A DNA stretch of 39,737 nt from Octopus sinensis (taxonomy: Eukaryota), in NCBI RefSeq assembly GCF_006345805.1, contig NW_021835532.1:1-39737 (forward strand), in the 5' to 3' direction. This document shows positions 34,368 through 39,737 of the stretch, piece by piece (position 1 is the first letter of the stretch; each line of letters begins with the position of its first letter). The position numbers and the translations under genes were made by a program. Below the pieces are notes generated by a model. That model saw only the letters and a list, made by a program, of their open reading frames with translations, did not search any database and had not been told where the DNA came from.

Positions 34368-35720
34368 AGGATATAGGAGATCTTTTCACGGACAAAAACA
34401 TGCAGTTTTAATGCTGGAAAAAATTGCAGGCCCTGTGCTAATAGTTCATGAAACTGTATGAAATGCAGACAAAAATACACTGGCCCGAGAAGGACTGCAA
34501 TCCCAGAATCAAAATCAGTGCAGGATCTGGGTACTGACGTAAGTGATGATGCATCTGTCCAAGTGCATATTACTAAGTTGGCAATAAAATGCAGGTGGGT
34601 GGCCGGGTGGATCCTTAGAATTTTCAGAACATGAGGACAGAGAACCATGATTGTCCTCTGGGGGACTTCTGTCCTCAACCGTTTAGACTACTACTCGAAA
34701 CTATGGTCACTACACTGTAAAATTAGCAGCGGAAATCAAAGCAATCCAGCGAAGCTGCACAAAGAAGATCGTCTCAATATGTGCTTCTTTATTACCCACA
34801 AGGGGCTAAACACAGAGGGGACAAACAAAAGGGGCTAAACACAGAGGGGACAAACAAGGACAGACAAACGGATTAAGTCGATTATATCGACCCCAGTGCG
34901 TAACTGGTACATAATTTATCGACCCCGAAAGGATGAAAGGCAAAGTTGACCTCGCCGAAATTTGAACTCAGAACGTAACGGCAGACGAAATACGGCTACG
35001 CATTTCGCCCGGCGTGCTAACGATTCTTATTTCTTTACTGCCCACAAGGGGCTAAACATAGAGGGGACAAACAAGGACAGACAAATGGATGAAGTCGACT
35101 ACATCGACCCCAGTGCGTAACTGGTACTTAATTTATCGACCCCGAAAGGATGAAAGGCAAAGTCGACCTCGGCGAAAATTTGAACTCAGAACGTAACGGC
35201 AGACGAAATACGGCTACGCATTTCGCCCGGCGTGCTAACGTTTCTGCCAGCTCGCCGCATGAAATGCCAGCTACTGGGAGAGGTTGAAAAACACTCTACT
35301 CCCTAGAACGTAGGCGGAAAAGATATGCAAATATATATATTTGGAAAATCCTGGAAGGATTTTACCAAACTTTAGCATTGAAAGTTACATAAAATCAGAA
35401 CGGGGGCGCCGCTGCATACTGTGAAGGATCCCAAGATTCTCCTCAGGATACAGAAGTTGATGCTGTAACAGCTTTATTGTGTCCTTCTCAAAAGCTCGAG
35501 GGGTCTACATGGGGCGGATGTAAGTGTCTCCAAAACAAAACTGGACCTCTTCTCGTCAAGAGTTCCAGATGAGCCTACCTTGCGGCAAAAGAGAGATGAG
35601 AGCAGTTACATCGGACTCCCTCGTTCAACAAATGCTACATGTCGGAAGTGATTTCAAGCAGTGAACGTGTAGCATAGTTAACGGCGGTGCCCCAGTATGG
35701 CCGCAGCTCTTAGGCTGAAA
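34368..35720 (+). pseudogene. CR1/L2-group LINE 3' remnant interrupted by SINE-B
   Basis: MQFNAG…VQDLG…AGWILR…NRLDYYSKLWS (34368-34775); YIWKILEG…TKLDLFLSRVPDEPT (35275-35640); 3' end ggcggtgccccagtatggccgcag then (TAA)n. Confidence 0.75.
34785..35258 (-). mobile_element. SINE family B dimer
   Basis: Two units inside the CR1-like remnant. Confidence 0.88.
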
Positions 35721-35726
35721 ATAATG

Positions 35727-35777
<51 letters not shown>

Positions 35778-35795
35778 GTAACAGTAACAGTAACA

Positions 35796-35842
<47 letters not shown>

Positions 35843-35849
35843 TATCACA

Positions 35850-36196
35850 AGCAAATGTACTGGGGGAGCATCATAGCCGTGTGTTGAGAGGAATTCTTAG
35901 AGGTTTGGATAATTCACCTTTAGAAATATGGGTGGTTCGTTCAACATCCTTAAACAACCCTTATTCAGGGACCTTTTGAGCGGGGTGGGTTACTCGAGCA
36001 GACGAAAATTCTAACTGGGCCCCACCTTCAAGGTCATGCGCTGTTTATCTTGATATGAGATCACCATGTCTCGCATGTATGGTTGTGATGCATGTGCCTG
36101 GTGTACCCTTATCAGACGGGTAGTCATGATGGGTATATTGGGCTTCGTATATTTTACCCCAGTGTCACTTTGATGGCATGAACTGCTCTCTCACTC

Positions 36197-36198
<2 letters not shown>
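35850..36198 (+). mobile_element. TAA-associated interspersed repeat, copy 2
   Basis: Reverse-complement homolog of 22744-23080; ends ctctctcactc(aat)n. Confidence 0.8.
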
Positions 36199-36241
<43 letters not shown>

Positions 36242-36244
36242 TCA

Positions 36245-36880
36245 CACACACCCTACTCACCCGAGGTGACATTCAATATAGGCAAGTAATTTCTTAGCAC
36301 TGATAGACAGACATTTTCCAGTCAACCATAGTTACAGAAAGCTCTTCAATAGACACAACTTTAAAATCGGTTTCAGCTCAACTACAAATTTTAAAAATAT
36401 AATCGCACACAACACACAAAAACCACAATACGAAACCAGCTGTTCATGCAGGGATAAAAATTTGTGCCCGCTAAATGGAGCTTGCATGTCCGTGTCCATC
36501 ATTTATGAAGCCACCGTGGACTCTATATCCACTAAGGACACGGTTTTGACGAAGAAATACGTGGGCCTTACAGAGGGTAATTTCAAGACCAGTTTCAATA
36601 ATCACACATTGAGCTTCAGGCACAGGGATAAAAGGAAAACGACCTAATTATCCAGTCATATATGGTCCTTAAAAGATAAAGGTGTCAGTTACAACATCCA
36701 TTGGAAGATATTAGCCAAGTGTAAGCCCTACACCAACGGCAGTGGAAAGTGCGGTCTTTGTGATAGGGAAAGATGGCTCATCAAGAAAAGCAGCTGAGAC
36801 CCTGCTACATGTCTGAATTCAAGAACTGAACTTTTCGATTCATGTCCATACGTGGCTAAATATTTGTTACGTTTTTGGTG
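36245..36880 (+). pseudogene. Penelope-like element C-terminal GIY-YIG remnant
   Basis: LIDRHFP…RKLFNRHN…CSCRDKNLCPLNGAC…IIYEATV…KKYVGLTEGNFKTSFNNH…HIWSLKD…WKIL…CGLC…LNSRTELF. Confidence 0.85.
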
Positions 36881-37188
36881 CCCACGAGACTACAGATAGG
36901 ACTTGCTTTCTATATTGTGTCCACGTACAAGCTTTTCATCTCTTTATACTTTTTACTTATATTTCTTATATATTTTTTATATATATTTATATATTTTTTA
37001 TACATATATTTTTTACATATTTATAGAGATATTGGTTTATAGGTTTATTACTCATATATTTTTTACACACAATTTTTCTGTATTCTACCTTCCATCCTGC
37101 ATTTTCCCTGTGCGTATATAGACGTGTATATGGAATCTTTTGCGCGCGTGTGTGGATGTATGCGTGTGCGCGGGTATGTGCGTATATA

Positions 37189-37419
37189 TATTTCTTTACT
37201 ACCCACAAGGGGCTAAACACAGAGGGGACAAACAAGGACAGACAAACGGATTAAGTCGATTACATCGACCCCAGTGAGTAACTGGTACTTATTTAATCGA
37301 CACCGAAATGATGAAAGGCAAAGTCGACCTTGGCGGAATTTGAACTCGGAACGTAACGACAGACGAAATACAGCTACGCATTTCGCCCAGCGTGCTAACG
37401 TTTCTGCCAGCTCGCCGCC
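37189..37419 (-). mobile_element. SINE family B, full length
   Basis: Matches consensus. Confidence 0.9.
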
Positions 37420-37491
37420 CTTGCGCGTATATAGATGTGTGTGCGTGTGCACGTGCATGCGAGTATGTGCGTATACAGACGTGATTTATAC

Positions 37492-37543
<52 letters not shown>

Positions 37544-37551
37544 TTGTGTGT

Positions 37552-37583
<32 letters not shown>

Positions 37584-37604
37584 CCGTCCGTGTTCGTGTT
37601 TGAC

Positions 37605-37775
37605 CCCTACTGTGTATATGTACAGGATGAGCTTGTTTCAGTTATCGCTAACCAAATCCAGTCACAACATTTCGGTCGGCCCCAAAATATAGTAAAAGAC
37701 ATTTACCCAAGGTGCTATGCAGTTGGATTGAACCCGGAACCATGTGGTTGAGAAGCAAGTTTCTTATCGCACAAC
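37605..37775 (-). mobile_element. SINE family A, diverged 5' half
   Basis: Similarity to consensus. Confidence 0.7.
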
Positions 37776-37897
37776 CCCCACCTTTTATTTTTCTTCCTTT
37801 AACGAAAATAAAGTAGGACCTTGTCCACAACTAAAGGCATCTAAAGTCGAATTGACTTTTCTAGGGGGTGTACTATTACCGAGCCTTTTGGTACATA

Positions 37898-38059
37898 ACC
37901 GCAGGAGTGGCTGTGTGGTAAGTAGCTTGCTAACCAACCACATGGTTCCGAGTTCAGTCCCACTGCGTGGCATCTTGGGCAAATGTCTTCTGCTATAGCC
38001 CCGGGCCGACCAAAACGTTGTGAGTGGATTTGGTAGACGGAAACTGAAAGAAGCCTGTC

Positions 38060-38107
<48 letters not shown>

Positions 38108-38330
38108 ATGTGTGTGTGTTTGTGTGTGCGTGTTTGTCCCCCTAGCATTGCTTGGCAACCGATGCTGGTGTGTTTACGTCCCCGTCACTTAGCGGTTCGG
38201 CAAAAGAGACCGATTAAATAAGTACTGGGCTTACAAAGAATAAGTCCCGGGGTCGATTTGCTCGACTAAAGGCGGTGCTCCAGCATGGCCGCAGTCAAAT
38301 GACTGAAACAAGTAAAAGAGAGTAAAAGAG
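37898..38330 (+). mobile_element. SINE family A, full length
   Basis: Matches consensus. Confidence 0.92.
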
Positions 38331-38709
38331 TATACAGAAGCACATACAATATCATTTATATAACAGATAAAGCGATTTTATATTCAACTGAAATAATTCG
38401 AACCAGTGAATATTAGCGGTAGAGGAATTTGGGAGTCTCTATATAGAGAAGGCCTCTATCATTACTTTTTTTTATTTTGAGATGCTCTGTGTTTCTTTGA
38501 TTACTTTAAATATAACAAAGAATTTAGTAAAATAACTTAGTTATCATTCAGCTAGTGTTAGGAACATGAAATGTGACTAAGGTTTGGTGGAAGAATTTTG
38601 GAGTCTCTATATAGAGAAAATGAAAAATATAAACTTTTACCTTGTTATTTTAATCCGGTCAGACCTAAGTTTCAAATTTTTTTTAGCAAATAAAATAATT
38701 TGCTAGACG

Positions 38710-38900
38710 AGGCTATAATAGAAGACACTTGCCCAAGGTGCCACGTAGTGGGACTGAACCCGGAACCATGTGTAAGCAAGCTACTTACCACACAGCCACT
38801 CCTGCGCCTATATATATTCTTTTATTTTTGTATTTGTTTCAGTCATTTGACTGCGGCCATGCTGGAGCACCGCCTTTAGTCAAACAAATCGACCCCAAGA
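38710..38900 (-). mobile_element. SINE family A fragments (head piece and tail piece)
   Basis: Similarity to consensus. Confidence 0.75.
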
Positions 38901-38940
38901 CGTATTTATTTTGAGATGTTCTGCGTTTCTTTCAATTACT

Positions 38941-39455
38941 TTAAATATAACAAAGAATTTAGTAAAGAATTTAGTAAAATAAGATAAGTTATCATTCAGC
39001 TAGTGTTAGGAACATAAACTTTCGTGGAAGATTTTAATTCAAAAACTTATGAAAACAAGACATTTGTACTCAGAGCCAGAGCCGGTTTCAGCCAGGTTGG
39101 TAGTGAAAGGGTTAAATATAACAAAGAATTTAGTAAAATGACTTAGTTATCATTCAGCTAGTGTTAGGAACATAAACTGTGACTAAGGTTTCGTGGAAGA
39201 TTTTAATTCAAAAACTTGTGAAAACAAGACATTTGTATTACAAAGCCAGAGCTGGTTTCAGCCGGGTTGGTAACAAAAGGGTTAAATATAACAAAGAATT
39301 TAGTAAAATAACTTAGTTATCATTCAGCTAGTGTTAGGAACATAAACTGTGACTAAGGTTTCGTGGAAGATTTTAATTCAAAAACTTATGGAAACAAGAC
39401 ATTTGTACTACAGAGCCAGAGCCGGTTTCAGCCAGGTTGGTAGTGAAAGGGTTGA
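38941..39455 (+). repeat. Three tandem ~170-bp units resembling a piggyBac-type right end
   Basis: Units end …aaagggTTAA (39115, 39285; ttga variant at 39455); a partial unit lies at ~38467-38600. Confidence 0.65.
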
Positions 39456-39737
39456 AGCTCAATAAAATTGATATCAGCTCCAAGGGGCCAACGTGGATTT
39501 TAAAATTTGCAAAACTGTTATTTCCATTATTCATCAAAAGTCATAAATCTTTCTATCTCTCTCTCTCTTGTAATATTCAGAAAATTCCGTCCGTTGGCAG
39601 AGCTGTCATTAATGAAAAATAGTCTGACCCCGAAAGGAAGATTGATTGAAAGTCATCTCACTCAACAGAACTAATTAGATATGAAAAAACAATTAACAAT
39701 ATTATGAACTTGAATGGAACCAAGTGAATCCATTTAA

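Overview
Repeat-saturated eukaryotic non-coding DNA. The SINE families and microsatellite load point to an octopus (cephalopod) genome; this is an inference. No host gene is confidently visible, and almost all listed short ORFs are microsatellite or SINE artefacts. Protein-coding mobile elements: an internally deleted R4/Dong-clade RT-RLE retrotransposon (~19.2-22.3 kb, minus) in a (TAA)n tract, a near-full-length disabled RTE-like APE-RT LINE (~29.1-32.46 kb, plus), and fragments of Tx1-like, CR1-like, two Penelope-like (GIY-YIG) and several Tc1/mariner-type elements. At least four tRNA-derived SINE families are present, labelled A-D here. Most notable: (1) a type I hammerhead ribozyme with a complete catalytic core at 14775-14835 (minus), plus a dispersed set of minimal or degenerate hammerheads, one directly downstream of a Penelope-like ORF remnant; (2) SINE-LINE tail homologies visible within the window (SINE-B with the Tx1-like LINE, SINE-A with the CR1-like LINE); (3) apparent partitioning of retroelements among different microsatellite types.
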